NCBI GenBank assembly: GCA_018713335.1
Contig: DVOW01000025.1
Coordinates: forward strand, 46,457-110,456
DNA length: 64,000 nucleotides
Reading direction: 5' to 3'
Source: Candidatus Merdivicinus intestinigallinarum
Lineage (GTDB): Bacteria; Bacillota; Clostridia; Oscillospirales; Ruminococcaceae
Part shown: positions 1-8,635 of the stretch, in pieces
Position numbering within the stretch: the stretch's first letter is position 1
How the letters are laid out: the number at the start of each line of letters is the position of its first letter
The notes under the pieces: model-generated
The model's input: only the letters and a program-made list of their open reading frames with translations
What the model was told of the DNA's origin: nothing
The model's database searches: none
Program-made: the position numbers and the translations under genes

Positions 1-1671
1 CTGGGGATGCATTTCCAGGGGGGCTTTACCAAAGTGCGGCTGGGGAACGGCTTTCCGCTGAACGATTACTGGGGGATCGATTCTCCCACTGTCATCAAAA
101 CCTTCCCCTCCCCGGATGTCACCGCCCCCTTTATGCTGCTGGAAAAGGAGGGCGGAGGGCTTTACTGGGGCGTCCATGACCCCCAGCCGGAGATCGCCTC
201 CTTTGTTTACAGCTTCTGCCCCGGATATTTGGACAGCAAGCACCACCGCCTGCCCGCAGGGGATGACTTAAGCGGCAGCCCGGCGGGGTTCTGCGTCAGC
301 CTGGTGCGGGTCCCCTGTATCCAGCCCGGCCAGCGGCGGACTTTAGCGCCGGTCGTGCTGAAGCCCTATGAAGGGGATTGGCACCAGGGGGTGAAAGCCT
401 ACCGGGAATGGGAGGAAACCTGGTACCGTCCGGTCCCCGCCCCCAAATGGACCGCGGAAGCCGACTGCTGGATGACCCTGCAAATGAATTCCTCCGAGGG
501 GCGGTGCAAGTATTTGTACCGGGACCTTCCCGCCGTTATGAAAGAAGCCAAACAGTACGGCGTCCAGGCGCTTCAGCTCATTGGCTGGGCCACCGGCGGG
601 CAGGACGGCAACGAGCCCTTCCAGGACACCGACCCTCTGCTGGGGACAAGGGAAGAATTGATGGACGCTATCCGGCAGATCGAGGAAATGGGGATCCGGG
701 TCCTGCTGATGTGCAAATTCAAATGGGCCGACCAGTCCGCGCCGGAATTTGCAGATAAAATGGCGGCCCATACCTTAAAGGATATGCGGGGCCATCCTGT
801 GCCCTTCGGCGGCTACGCCTACGACACCCTGTTCCAGCGGTTCAGCGGCGGCAGCATCCACAACGGCTACGGCCTGTGCCACTCCTCGGCGGATTACCGC
901 CGGGCGGCCTTGAAGGGATTCCGGAAGATTTTGGAGCTGAAGCCCAGCGGCATCCTTTATGACGAGCTGGCCAACCCCATGCTCTGCTGCTTCGACACCT
1001 CCCATGGCCACGCCTATGGGGAAAGCATCCACAAAGGCTCGCTGCTGCTGGCCAAAGAGTTTTATAACCTTGCCCAGGAAGCTGCCGGCGACTTCGCCTT
1101 CGCCGGGGAAGGGCCCTCGGATATGCTGTCCCAGTACTATTCCACCAACTACATCCGCAGCTGGGACGACGGCGGGGAGCCCCACTGCCCGGCCGGGAAA
1201 TACCTGCACCCGGAAATGCACTTTGCCAGCTGCCTGGTGGGCTGGGACGACCGGGAAATGGCCAACCAGTGCCTGGTGTACAGCTATATCCTGAACTATG
1301 AGCCCTATAATTTCAAAGGCCGCATGTCGGATATCCCCCTGACGGCCCAGTATGGCATGAAGATCCAGAAGCTGCGCCGCCGGCTGTGGGAATATCTTTG
1401 GAAGGGGACGTTTCTGCACACGGATGGGGCAAAGGTCCGCCCGGTTGGGGAATCCGGGGAATACATCTATTCCGTCTTTGAGGCGGCAAACGGGAAGCGG
1501 GCCATTGCGGTGGCCAATCAGGAAGCGGAACGGGCGCTGACCCTGCAGGTGGCGGCTGATTCCGGCTGTGAGAAATTCCTCCTTTATACGCCGGAGGAGG
1601 ATGGAGCCAAGGTTTCCGGCAGTATCGTGGAGATCCCGGCTCGGTGCGCCTGCGTGCTGGTGGAACAGTGA
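1..1671 (+). CDS. Uncharacterised glycoside-hydrolase-like protein (possible beta/alpha-barrel sugar enzyme), probably 5'-truncated by the window edge
   Basis: The frame is open from nt 1, the first ATG is at 7, and the stop is at 1671. The next co-oriented gene starts 13 nt later. Segments such as LIGWATGGQDGNEPFQDTDP and DTSHGHAYGES look like carbohydrate-active TIM-barrel enzymes. I cannot name the family. Confidence 0.6.
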   Translation: MGMHFQGGFTKVRLGNGFPLNDYWGIDSPTVIKTFPSPDVTAPFMLLEKEGGGLYWGVHDPQPEIASFVYSFCPGYLDSKHHRLPAGDDLSGSPAGFCVSLVRVPCIQPGQRRTLAPVVLKPYEGDWHQGVKAYREWEETWYRPVPAPKWTAEADCWMTLQMNSSEGRCKYLYRDLPAVMKEAKQYGVQALQLIGWATGGQDGNEPFQDTDPLLGTREELMDAIRQIEEMGIRVLLMCKFKWADQSAPEFADKMAAHTLKDMRGHPVPFGGYAYDTLFQRFSGGSIHNGYGLCHSSADYRRAALKGFRKILELKPSGILYDELANPMLCCFDTSHGHAYGESIHKGSLLLAKEFYNLAQEAAGDFAFAGEGPSDMLSQYYSTNYIRSWDDGGEPHCPAGKYLHPEMHFASCLVGWDDREMANQCLVYSYILNYEPYNFKGRMSDIPLTAQYGMKIQKLRRRLWEYLWKGTFLHTDGAKVRPVGESGEYIYSVFEAANGKRAIAVANQEAERALTLQVAADSGCEKFLLYTPEEDGAKVSGSIVEIPARCACVLVEQ

Positions 1672-1683
1672 GGAGGGAGTTTT

Positions 1684-3321
1684 ATGACAAGACCGATCCT
1701 GCGGTTTGAGGGAAACGACCTTGCCAGACGGATAGGCGCGGTTTTTGCGGAAAACGTCCATGACCTGGTGGAAAAGGTGGACATGGAGCCGGGGGGATAT
1801 GAAGCCGGATTTTTCCACACTTCCACCGTCCGGCACCCCAATACCTGCTATTATGACAGCGTCTGGAGCCGGGACGCGGGCCGGGGCCTGATCGAACTGA
1901 GCAGGCTGGGGTTCCAGCGGGAGGCCGAAGCCGCCGCCGGGTATCTTTTGCGGAACCTGAACAAGGGGGACCACTGGGGGCGCACCACCTCCCCAAACGA
2001 TAGCTGCGGCTATGAAGCCGATGGCAACGCCCTGGTCCTTCTGGGCATCGCCAACGTCTGGAAAATGAGTGGGGACAAGGAGAAGCTGGGGGCGGAGTAT
2101 TTGAAAGCGGCGGAGCCTGTGGTAAAATGGCTGGAGCATGAGATGCGGGGGAACCCCCTGGGCTGCCTGCTGCCCTGTATCTCCGAGCTTTCCGGCAACC
2201 CCAGCACGCCCTATACCGTAACGGCTGTTTTCCCAAACTACGCACTGAAAATGGCGTTAGAGGGGCTTTTGGAAATGGCCAGGGCCGTTCACTCTCCCTT
2301 GGAGGGAAAGCTGGCCTCCCTGGAAAAAGAGCTGACTGAGGCCATGGACAGCCGCCTGGTGGCAGGCGCCCAGCCTTCCAATACCCCCGCCGGATGCTGG
2401 CTCAACGGCCTGGACGGCCGGGACGGGCGGCCCTATGAGTTTTCCGATTGGGACTTTACCTCCTGGCCGGTCTGGCACTGGACCCGGCAGCTGCCCTTTG
2501 TTTTGCAGCCGGACCTGGGGAGCATGGCGCTGCGGCAGGACCGCCAGCTGGCGGTCCATCAGAAGAGCTACGCCCATGTGCTGCGGTATATGAATGGCAA
2601 CCGCTTCTTCCGGAAATACGGCTTTGTCAGCGGCAGCGGCTGGACCGGTATGGGCGGCCGCCACGACGACACCATGTGCGGCTACAGCCAGGGCTATATG
2701 ACCCAGGCGGCGCTGCTCAGCGACGATGTGAACACCTACTCCCTGCTGGCGGAGGGGATCGCCCGGCTGGCGTACGACGGCAATGTGGCGGAAGACCTGG
2801 CGGATGAACGGAACCCCTGGCTGATGCACGAGTGCTTTTCCTATGAAAATTATGAGGAGGGCCTGGACCACACTTTCGGCGTTCTGAAAAACGGCCGTCC
2901 GGGGCTCATGGACAATCCGGGGGATGAGGGCAACCTGGTGCAGGCGGCGGAGATCCTGAAGGTTTTCCGGCTCATGGTGGGCATTGACGATTCAGATCCG
3001 GCGGGCCTGCGGCTGATGCCCCGGCTCCCCTGGGAATGGGACGCCATGCAGGCGGAGAATTTCCCCTTTGCCGCGCTGGACGGCAGTATCGGGCGGATCT
3101 CCATGGAGCTGCGGCACGACCGGGCCGCCAGAAGCACTTCGATTCAGGTGTCCAGCTCCATCCCGCTGTCAAATTTGGCGATCCGCTTGGGGCCGTACCC
3201 CAAGCACCTGCGGATATTGTCCGGCGGGGAGCTGGAAATTGAACAGGGAGAGCGCTGCTCCTGGGTCTGGCTCCGGGGGTTAAACGGCACGGACATCAGC
3301 CGCACCATTTCTCTCTGGTGA
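1684..3321 (+). CDS. (alpha/alpha)6-barrel glucoamylase/trehalase-like glycoside hydrolase-like protein, family not assigned
   Basis: GGAGGG lies 6 nt upstream of the ATG; 545 aa. YYDSVWSRDAGRG matches the W-x-RD-A pattern of GH15-type barrels. A bidirectional terminator follows. Confidence 0.7.
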   Translation: MTRPILRFEGNDLARRIGAVFAENVHDLVEKVDMEPGGYEAGFFHTSTVRHPNTCYYDSVWSRDAGRGLIELSRLGFQREAEAAAGYLLRNLNKGDHWGRTTSPNDSCGYEADGNALVLLGIANVWKMSGDKEKLGAEYLKAAEPVVKWLEHEMRGNPLGCLLPCISELSGNPSTPYTVTAVFPNYALKMALEGLLEMARAVHSPLEGKLASLEKELTEAMDSRLVAGAQPSNTPAGCWLNGLDGRDGRPYEFSDWDFTSWPVWHWTRQLPFVLQPDLGSMALRQDRQLAVHQKSYAHVLRYMNGNRFFRKYGFVSGSGWTGMGGRHDDTMCGYSQGYMTQAALLSDDVNTYSLLAEGIARLAYDGNVAEDLADERNPWLMHECFSYENYEEGLDHTFGVLKNGRPGLMDNPGDEGNLVQAAEILKVFRLMVGIDDSDPAGLRLMPRLPWEWDAMQAENFPFAALDGSIGRISMELRHDRAARSTSIQVSSSIPLSNLAIRLGPYPKHLRILSGGELEIEQGERCSWVWLRGLNGTDISRTISLW

Positions 3322-3346
3322 ATTGTTTCAGCGTTCCTCTCATCAT

Positions 3347-3379
3347 AAAACCGCCTGCGGGATCCCGCAGGCGGTTTTT
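3347..3379. terminator. Bidirectional intrinsic terminator between convergent genes
   Basis: AAAA-CCGCCTGCGG-gatc-CCGCAGGCGG-TTTTT: a 10-bp perfect GC-rich stem with an A-run on one side and a T-run on the other. Confidence 0.7.
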
Positions 3380-3389
3380 GCTCTTTCAT

Positions 3390-4037
3390 TCATTCCGGGA
3401 AAAAGGTCAGCTCCACACAGCCGCACAGGGCGTGGTACAAAGCCAGGTGATATTCCTGTACCCGGAAGGTCTGGCAGGAAGGGGCTTTCAGGGTCACATC
3501 GCTGATTTTGGAAAGGCGGCTCTCCGCCTCCCCGGTAAAAGCCAGTACCTTCATCCCCCGGGCCTTGGCTGCGTAGGCCGCGTTGACCACGTTGGCGGAA
3601 TTGCCGGAGGTGGAAAGGCCCAGAAGCACATCTCCCGGCCGTCCGTAGGCGAAGACCTGCTGGGCGAAGAGCATATCCGGCTGAACGTCGTTCAAAAAGG
3701 CGGTCAACAGAGCCGTCTGGCTCACCAGGGAGATGGCGGGGAGGCCCCGCTGTAAGTTTTCGGAAAATTTTTCCGGGTCCGGGCAGCCGGAGGCCGCGAT
3801 GGCTGCCCGTTCTTCCTCTGTTAGGGGACGCTTCTGCAAAAATCCTTTCATCAGTTCCCCTACGATGTGCTCGCTGTCCGCCGCGCTGCCGCCGTTGCCG
3901 CAGGTCAGGAGCTTCCCTCCCGCCTGGAAACAGCCGCAGAGCAGGGAAACGCTTTCCCGGAAGTCCTGCTCCAGCTCTTTTAGGGCCGGTGTGTTGAAAA
4001 ACAGCCCCCGGCAAAACGCCTCTGCTTTTTCTGTCAT
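3390..4037 (-). CDS. SIS-domain protein, GmhA/DiaA (phosphoheptose isomerase)-like
   Basis: The real start is the ATG at 4037 (MTEKAEAF...); the N-terminal 236 aa of the 451-aa track ORF is Pro/Gly/Arg-rich read-through of the upstream gene in another frame. 215 aa with SIS motifs CGNGGSAADSEH and LGLSTSGNSANV. The start overlaps the upstream stop (ATGA). Confidence 0.85.
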   Translation of the reverse strand: MTEKAEAFCRGLFFNTPALKELEQDFRESVSLLCGCFQAGGKLLTCGNGGSAADSEHIVGELMKGFLQKRPLTEEERAAIAASGCPDPEKFSENLQRGLPAISLVSQTALLTAFLNDVQPDMLFAQQVFAYGRPGDVLLGLSTSGNSANVVNAAYAAKARGMKVLAFTGEAESRLSKISDVTLKAPSCQTFRVQEYHLALYHALCGCVELTFFPE

Positions 4038-4852
4038 ATGCTCTCCTCCTCGTTCCAGCAGCGGATCAGCGGAAGGAAATCCGCCGCAATGTACCGTGCG
4101 CCGGCCTTTTGCAGCTTTTGCAGCTTGCGGGGGTTCAGCCCCGGCTTTTTCTGCAGTTCCCAGCTGGCGATGCCCACTGTGACTGCGCCGGCATCCCGGC
4201 CCAGCTGGATCTCCACCTTGCCGTCCCCGGCCACCAGGAGCTCCCGCCCCGAAAGGCCGCCTGTTTCCAGGATCTCCCGGATCACGGCCTCCTTGGAGCA
4301 GTCTTTCCGCCGTTGGGGCGCGCCCCGCACTTCCCGGGCCAGAGGCGCGATCCCCAAAAGCTCCGCTTCCCGCCGGACGTCTTCCTTGTCCGTCCCGCTG
4401 GCAATGTAAATGGAAATGCCGGCGTCCGCCAAAAGCTCCAGGTATTCCCGGCTGCTGGGGACCAAAAACTGGGCGGGGTCCGCCGTGCCGTCGGAAAGCC
4501 TGGCCAGCCGGGTGTTCACCATCTCCATCAAAGCGGCGTTGTACTGGTCCTTGTAGTCCCAGGGGTCCAAGGGCTCCCGTCCGCACAGGCTTTGGACCTG
4601 CCCGGCCAGCCACTCCATTTGGAAGATCGTCTGGATACCGGTGGATTCGTCGATGTACCGGCGGATATGCCCGGTCAGTTCTTCGCCTGCAAGACTGCCG
4701 CCCTCCAGGTGCCGGAGCATGATCTGCTCCATGACCGATTCCCACCCGCAGCGCAGGGTGGAGATCGTGCCGTCGAAATCAAAAATAGCCGCCTTTACCG
4801 GGCAGCCCGCCCGGTTCAGCTCCGGCAGGAGCAGGCTGTGCTGCAACGCCAT
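4034..4852 (-). CDS. HAD-superfamily hydrolase (phosphatase or phosphomutase type with cap domain)
   Basis: AAAGGAGAAG RBS; 272 aa. HAD motif I is IFDFDGT, motif II is IYIASGT and motif IV is VAGDGKVE. The 4-nt ATGA overlap with the SIS gene suggests translational coupling. Confidence 0.85.
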   Translation of the reverse strand: MALQHSLLLPELNRAGCPVKAAIFDFDGTISTLRCGWESVMEQIMLRHLEGGSLAGEELTGHIRRYIDESTGIQTIFQMEWLAGQVQSLCGREPLDPWDYKDQYNAALMEMVNTRLARLSDGTADPAQFLVPSSREYLELLADAGISIYIASGTDKEDVRREAELLGIAPLAREVRGAPQRRKDCSKEAVIREILETGGLSGRELLVAGDGKVEIQLGRDAGAVTVGIASWELQKKPGLNPRKLQKLQKAGARYIAADFLPLIRCWNEEESI

Positions 4853-4871
4853 AGGATGCTTCTCCTTTCTG

Positions 4872-6101
4872 TTATCCGGCAGGGATCGGCGGGGACGGAG
4901 GGATCTCCGCGCTGAAGATCTTGTCCAGGACGATCCCCGCGCTTCCGTAAAGGGGGGAATCCAGGCCGAAATCCGACTTTACCACCAGGTTCTGCCGGTA
5001 CTTGCCAATAGGGGAATTTTGGTTCATCATATAGGTCAGGGTGTGCTCGAAAAAACTGCTGGTAGTGCGGGGTGACCCGGCCAGGATCACCAGATTCACA
5101 TTCAGCTGGGAAATCAGGTTGGACACCGCCGCGGCCAGATACCGGCAGTATTCCGTCAGGATGGACATAGCCAGCACATCGCCGGCGTCAATGAAGGTCA
5201 GGACGTCCAGGATGGTGGGGGATTCCATCCGCAGCAGGGGATGGTTTGGCAGGTATTCCCGGAAATGGCGGTACCCGTTGACGATGGTGGGGATATCCGC
5301 GTAAAGCTCCAGGCAGCCATTGTTGCCGCAGGCGCATTTGGGGCCTAAAAAGTTGATGGACATATGTCCCAGCTCGCCGTTTTGGCCGTACTCCCCGTTA
5401 TAGAGCTTGTTTTCCAGGTAAAAACCGGCGCCGATCCCGTTAAAGGTGGAAATATACACAAAGTTGTCCTGGCTCCGTCCTTTCCCCCACAGCTTTTCCG
5501 CAATGGCGCCTGCCGTGGCGTCGTTGCACAGCCATACCGGCACACCGGAAAGCTCCTCCAGGAAGGAAACGATGGGGAACTCAAAAGGCTCCGTAAAGAA
5601 ATTATGGGGATTCAAGAGGGTCCCGTCCACGATGTTCAGGGGGCCGACGCAGGAAACGCCTACCGCCAGGATCTGCTGCCGGGACTGGCTGCGGGTCTGC
5701 CGGTACAGCTCCGCCAGCTTTTCCCGGAAGGTGGCGGGCGAAATCAGGCCGGTGTAGCGGCAGCGGCTGTCCGCCAGAATCTCCCCTTTCAGGTTGGAGA
5801 GGATGACGTGCAGGTTCCCCCTTTGAATCAAAACGCCGCAGATCAGCGGGGCGTTTTCCGCCAGGTCCAGCCCGATGGACTTCCGCCCCATGCCGCTTTC
5901 CGGCGAGATGGCCTCGGATTCCGTGAGGATCCCCTCTTCGATCAGTTCGGAAACCAGGTTTGTCAGAGTTGTTTTGGTCAGCCCCAGGCTCCTGGCAATC
6001 TCTGCCCTGGAAACAATATTCTGGTTCAGCACCGCCTGGAGAACCAGCGCGCGGTTTTTTTCTTTAATGGTCTGCTGCCGGGAACCGGCCTGACGGATCA
6101 T
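4872..6101 (-). CDS. ROK-family transcriptional regulator (NagC/Mlc type)
   Basis: N-terminal winged HTH (VSRAEIARSLGLTKTTLTNLVSEL) plus a ROK domain with the Zn motif GHMSINFLGPKCACGNNGCLE. I prefer the ATG at 6101, which is 7 nt after a GGGGG RBS, over the GTG at 6107. Confidence 0.85.
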   Translation of the reverse strand: MIRQAGSRQQTIKEKNRALVLQAVLNQNIVSRAEIARSLGLTKTTLTNLVSELIEEGILTESEAISPESGMGRKSIGLDLAENAPLICGVLIQRGNLHVILSNLKGEILADSRCRYTGLISPATFREKLAELYRQTRSQSRQQILAVGVSCVGPLNIVDGTLLNPHNFFTEPFEFPIVSFLEELSGVPVWLCNDATAGAIAEKLWGKGRSQDNFVYISTFNGIGAGFYLENKLYNGEYGQNGELGHMSINFLGPKCACGNNGCLELYADIPTIVNGYRHFREYLPNHPLLRMESPTILDVLTFIDAGDVLAMSILTEYCRYLAAAVSNLISQLNVNLVILAGSPRTTSSFFEHTLTYMMNQNSPIGKYRQNLVVKSDFGLDSPLYGSAGIVLDKIFSAEIPPSPPIPAG

Positions 6102-6128
6102 AATCACGCCCCCTTTTTTGTGTTATTG

Positions 6129-8615
6129 TTATTTTACCACATCAGGGCGGCCTTTGTCAGCAGGTTCCGGGAAATCTTCCAGGATATTTGTTTCCGAAAC
6201 TGCGCCGTCTGAGGCGATGCGCAGGGTTTTGACCTCGTGGGGACGGAAATCCGCTTCGGTTTCCGCCGAAAGGAAGGGCAGGGAAAGGGCGGCCCGGACT
6301 GCTTTTCCGTCTGTTTCATAGGCCCGCAGGATAAAGCCGTTCCCGTCCTCCGCCTGCTTCACAACCTCGATCTGGACATTGTCCGCGGAGGAACAGGCCA
6401 GACCGCCGGATAAGGGCAGCTCGCCGCTGTGATAGGTTTCATAGACCGGGATGGGAGGCTGGCGGTGTTCCGCGGCCCGGCGGGTGGGCAGATAGGGGCA
6501 GAGCCGTCCGCTGCGGGACAGGAGGGTGTAGCTGGTTTCGTAGATGCCGATGTCCATGGGTTCGGTGAAGGCGTCCTTGATGCCGTAATGATCGGCAAAC
6601 CCGGCGCTGCGCACCACGATAAAGCGGGCGGTGTTCCCATCGACAGAACAGCTCCCCAAAAATTCCGAGGCGATGGACAGGCCCTTCTCCTCATTGCCCA
6701 CGTCCATCCAGCCCAAGGCCGGCTCCTCTTTGCCGTCGGCGGGCTTTTGGATGCTGCCGTAGGGGATCTCGTAGGTGGCGGAAGGCTCGGAAACATCCAC
6801 CGGGAAGGCCAGCTTCAGGATGCGGAAGGGCTCCTGCCAGTTGACCCGCAAAGAAACCTCAATGCCGGGGCGGTCCCGGTACAGGGCAAAATCCTGGATC
6901 AAAACAGAGTTCTGGTAATGGGAAACGGCCCGCAGGACCGCCCGCACCGGTCCCCGTTCCAACAGGGAGAGGGAGGCGTTCTCAAAATGCCCAACCGTGT
7001 TGTTCAGGTAGACCGCGCCGTGGGCCCAGGTGTCGTTGTGGAAATCCTCAATGACCTCCGCCGCGGCGCCTTTGCCGGAAAAGACCTCCCGTCCCGCTTC
7101 TTTGTCCCACAGGCTGGCGATGGCGCCGGAAACAGGGTCCAGCTCCAGCCGGTACCAGTCATTTTCCAGATAATGGCTGGAATACCTTAAGGAACGGCCG
7201 CTGTCTTTGGGGGCGATCGCTTGATGGCGGTACAGGTAAACGGTGCGGTAGCCCATAGGCGGCAGCTCCGCCTGGACAATGGACTTGTAGTCGTCCCGGC
7301 CGTTGTTGCAGGTCTGGTCGGCCCGGACCTTCTGCCAGCAAAGGGGCCCGTCGTTTTCATCCGTCGCGCCGGTGATCTCCCAGGACAGGGGCACAGCCGC
7401 CGTCACGGGCCAGGGATTCGTGTTGAAAAGGACCACCGGGGAACCGCCGTTTTCATATTCCCAGGAATTCCAGTCAAAATCCCGGCTGACGGCGAAGGTC
7501 CCGCCCCGTTTGGTGTCGATGTGCCAGGACAGCCGCTGAAGGGAGGCGTTCAGCAGCACCGAACCGATGCGCAGGGCTTCCCCGTGGGCTTCCCGGGCGT
7601 CCTCATAGACCTTCTTCAAGCTGCATCCGCCTAAAATGTCGTGGAACTGGTTGAACATCACATCCTGCCAGGCCCGGTGCAGGTCCTCCTGCTGATAGGG
7701 GAGCCCCTGCAGGACGTTTGCGGCCGTCATCATCCGTTCCGCCGCTAAGAGCCGGCTTTCGCTGCGGCAGTTGTCCCGCTTGATCTGCCGGAAGGCGGAA
7801 TAGCAGCCGATGGCGTGGTGCTGCAAATCCCCCTGGACAACGGGGACAGGCTCTTCGTCGGCCCGGACCTTCTCAAAAAAGTCCGCCGGGCTGCCGTAGC
7901 AGATGCTGGGGTCCTCCTTCATCCAGTCCTCCAGCCGGTGCAGCAGCGCCGTTGTGGGGCCGCCGCCGTGGTTGCCGACCCCATAGAAAAACATTTTGGA
8001 GGCGTGTTCGGTTTGGATCTTCTTCTGAAAAAATTCCCGTTTCCGGTCCAGGTTGGAGTGGTCCACCGCCGTGCCGTAACCCATGGGGATACGGTAGGTG
8101 AGCACCCGGGTGCCGTCGATGCCCTCCCACAGGAAGGTGTCGGAGGAAAGGGCTTTTTCATGCTGCTCCGGCCGCATCATCACATAAGAGTCCATTCCGC
8201 ACTGGGTGAGGAGCTGGGGCAGAGCGCCGTTGTGGCCGAAGCTGTCCACATTGTACCCGAACAGGGCCCGCTTCCCGAACCGGGACAGGAAATACTGCTG
8301 GCCGTAAAGGCCGTGGCGGGCAAAGGATTCCCCGCAGGGGAGGTTGCAGTCCGGCTGGAGCCACCAGCCCCCGGCCAGGACCCAGCGGCCTTCCGTCACC
8401 CGCTGGCGGATCTCCTCAAACATGGCCGGCTCGTTTTCCTCCACCCACTGGTAGTAGCCGGCGCCTGCCGCCGTGAAGATGTAGCCGTCAAATTCCTTCA
8501 TCCGATCCAGGGCGGAACGGAAGGTGGCCTTGATTTCCGCATACCCTTCCTGCCACCGCCAGAGCCAGGCGGGGTCCAGGTGGGCATTGCCGATCATAAA
8601 AATTTTAGGGTCCAT
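6129..8615 (-). CDS. GH38 alpha-mannosidase (short, 828 aa)
   Basis: AAGGAGG RBS. The N-terminus IGNAHLDPAWLWRWQEGY, plus DSFGHNG and QFHDILGG, are GH38 hallmarks. It lies 20 nt downstream of the preceding GH38 gene. Confidence 0.9.
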   Translation of the reverse strand: MDPKIFMIGNAHLDPAWLWRWQEGYAEIKATFRSALDRMKEFDGYIFTAAGAGYYQWVEENEPAMFEEIRQRVTEGRWVLAGGWWLQPDCNLPCGESFARHGLYGQQYFLSRFGKRALFGYNVDSFGHNGALPQLLTQCGMDSYVMMRPEQHEKALSSDTFLWEGIDGTRVLTYRIPMGYGTAVDHSNLDRKREFFQKKIQTEHASKMFFYGVGNHGGGPTTALLHRLEDWMKEDPSICYGSPADFFEKVRADEEPVPVVQGDLQHHAIGCYSAFRQIKRDNCRSESRLLAAERMMTAANVLQGLPYQQEDLHRAWQDVMFNQFHDILGGCSLKKVYEDAREAHGEALRIGSVLLNASLQRLSWHIDTKRGGTFAVSRDFDWNSWEYENGGSPVVLFNTNPWPVTAAVPLSWEITGATDENDGPLCWQKVRADQTCNNGRDDYKSIVQAELPPMGYRTVYLYRHQAIAPKDSGRSLRYSSHYLENDWYRLELDPVSGAIASLWDKEAGREVFSGKGAAAEVIEDFHNDTWAHGAVYLNNTVGHFENASLSLLERGPVRAVLRAVSHYQNSVLIQDFALYRDRPGIEVSLRVNWQEPFRILKLAFPVDVSEPSATYEIPYGSIQKPADGKEEPALGWMDVGNEEKGLSIASEFLGSCSVDGNTARFIVVRSAGFADHYGIKDAFTEPMDIGIYETSYTLLSRSGRLCPYLPTRRAAEHRQPPIPVYETYHSGELPLSGGLACSSADNVQIEVVKQAEDGNGFILRAYETDGKAVRAALSLPFLSAETEADFRPHEVKTLRIASDGAVSETNILEDFPEPADKGRPDVVK

Positions 8616-8635
8616 GATAAGCCTCCTTTTTCCGG

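Noticed and set aside
775-2139. Long antisense ORFs overlapping well-supported genes. Examples: 775-2139(-), 17331-19283(-), 29291-30544(+), 36190-37305(-), 42992-44101(-), 44858-45916(+), 47267-49147(+), 52453-53577(+), 62454-63599(+).
   Set aside because: These are typical high-GC shadow ORFs. They are rich in Pro/Gly/Arg/Ala/His, have no RBS and no recognisable motifs, and each lies fully opposite a gene with strong family signatures.
3390-4745. 451-aa track ORF suggesting a large fusion protein.
   Set aside because: Only the C-terminal 215 aa (from the ATG at 4037) is SIS-like. The upstream part is a low-complexity reading of the HAD gene in another frame. The HAD gene (4034-4852) explains that DNA.
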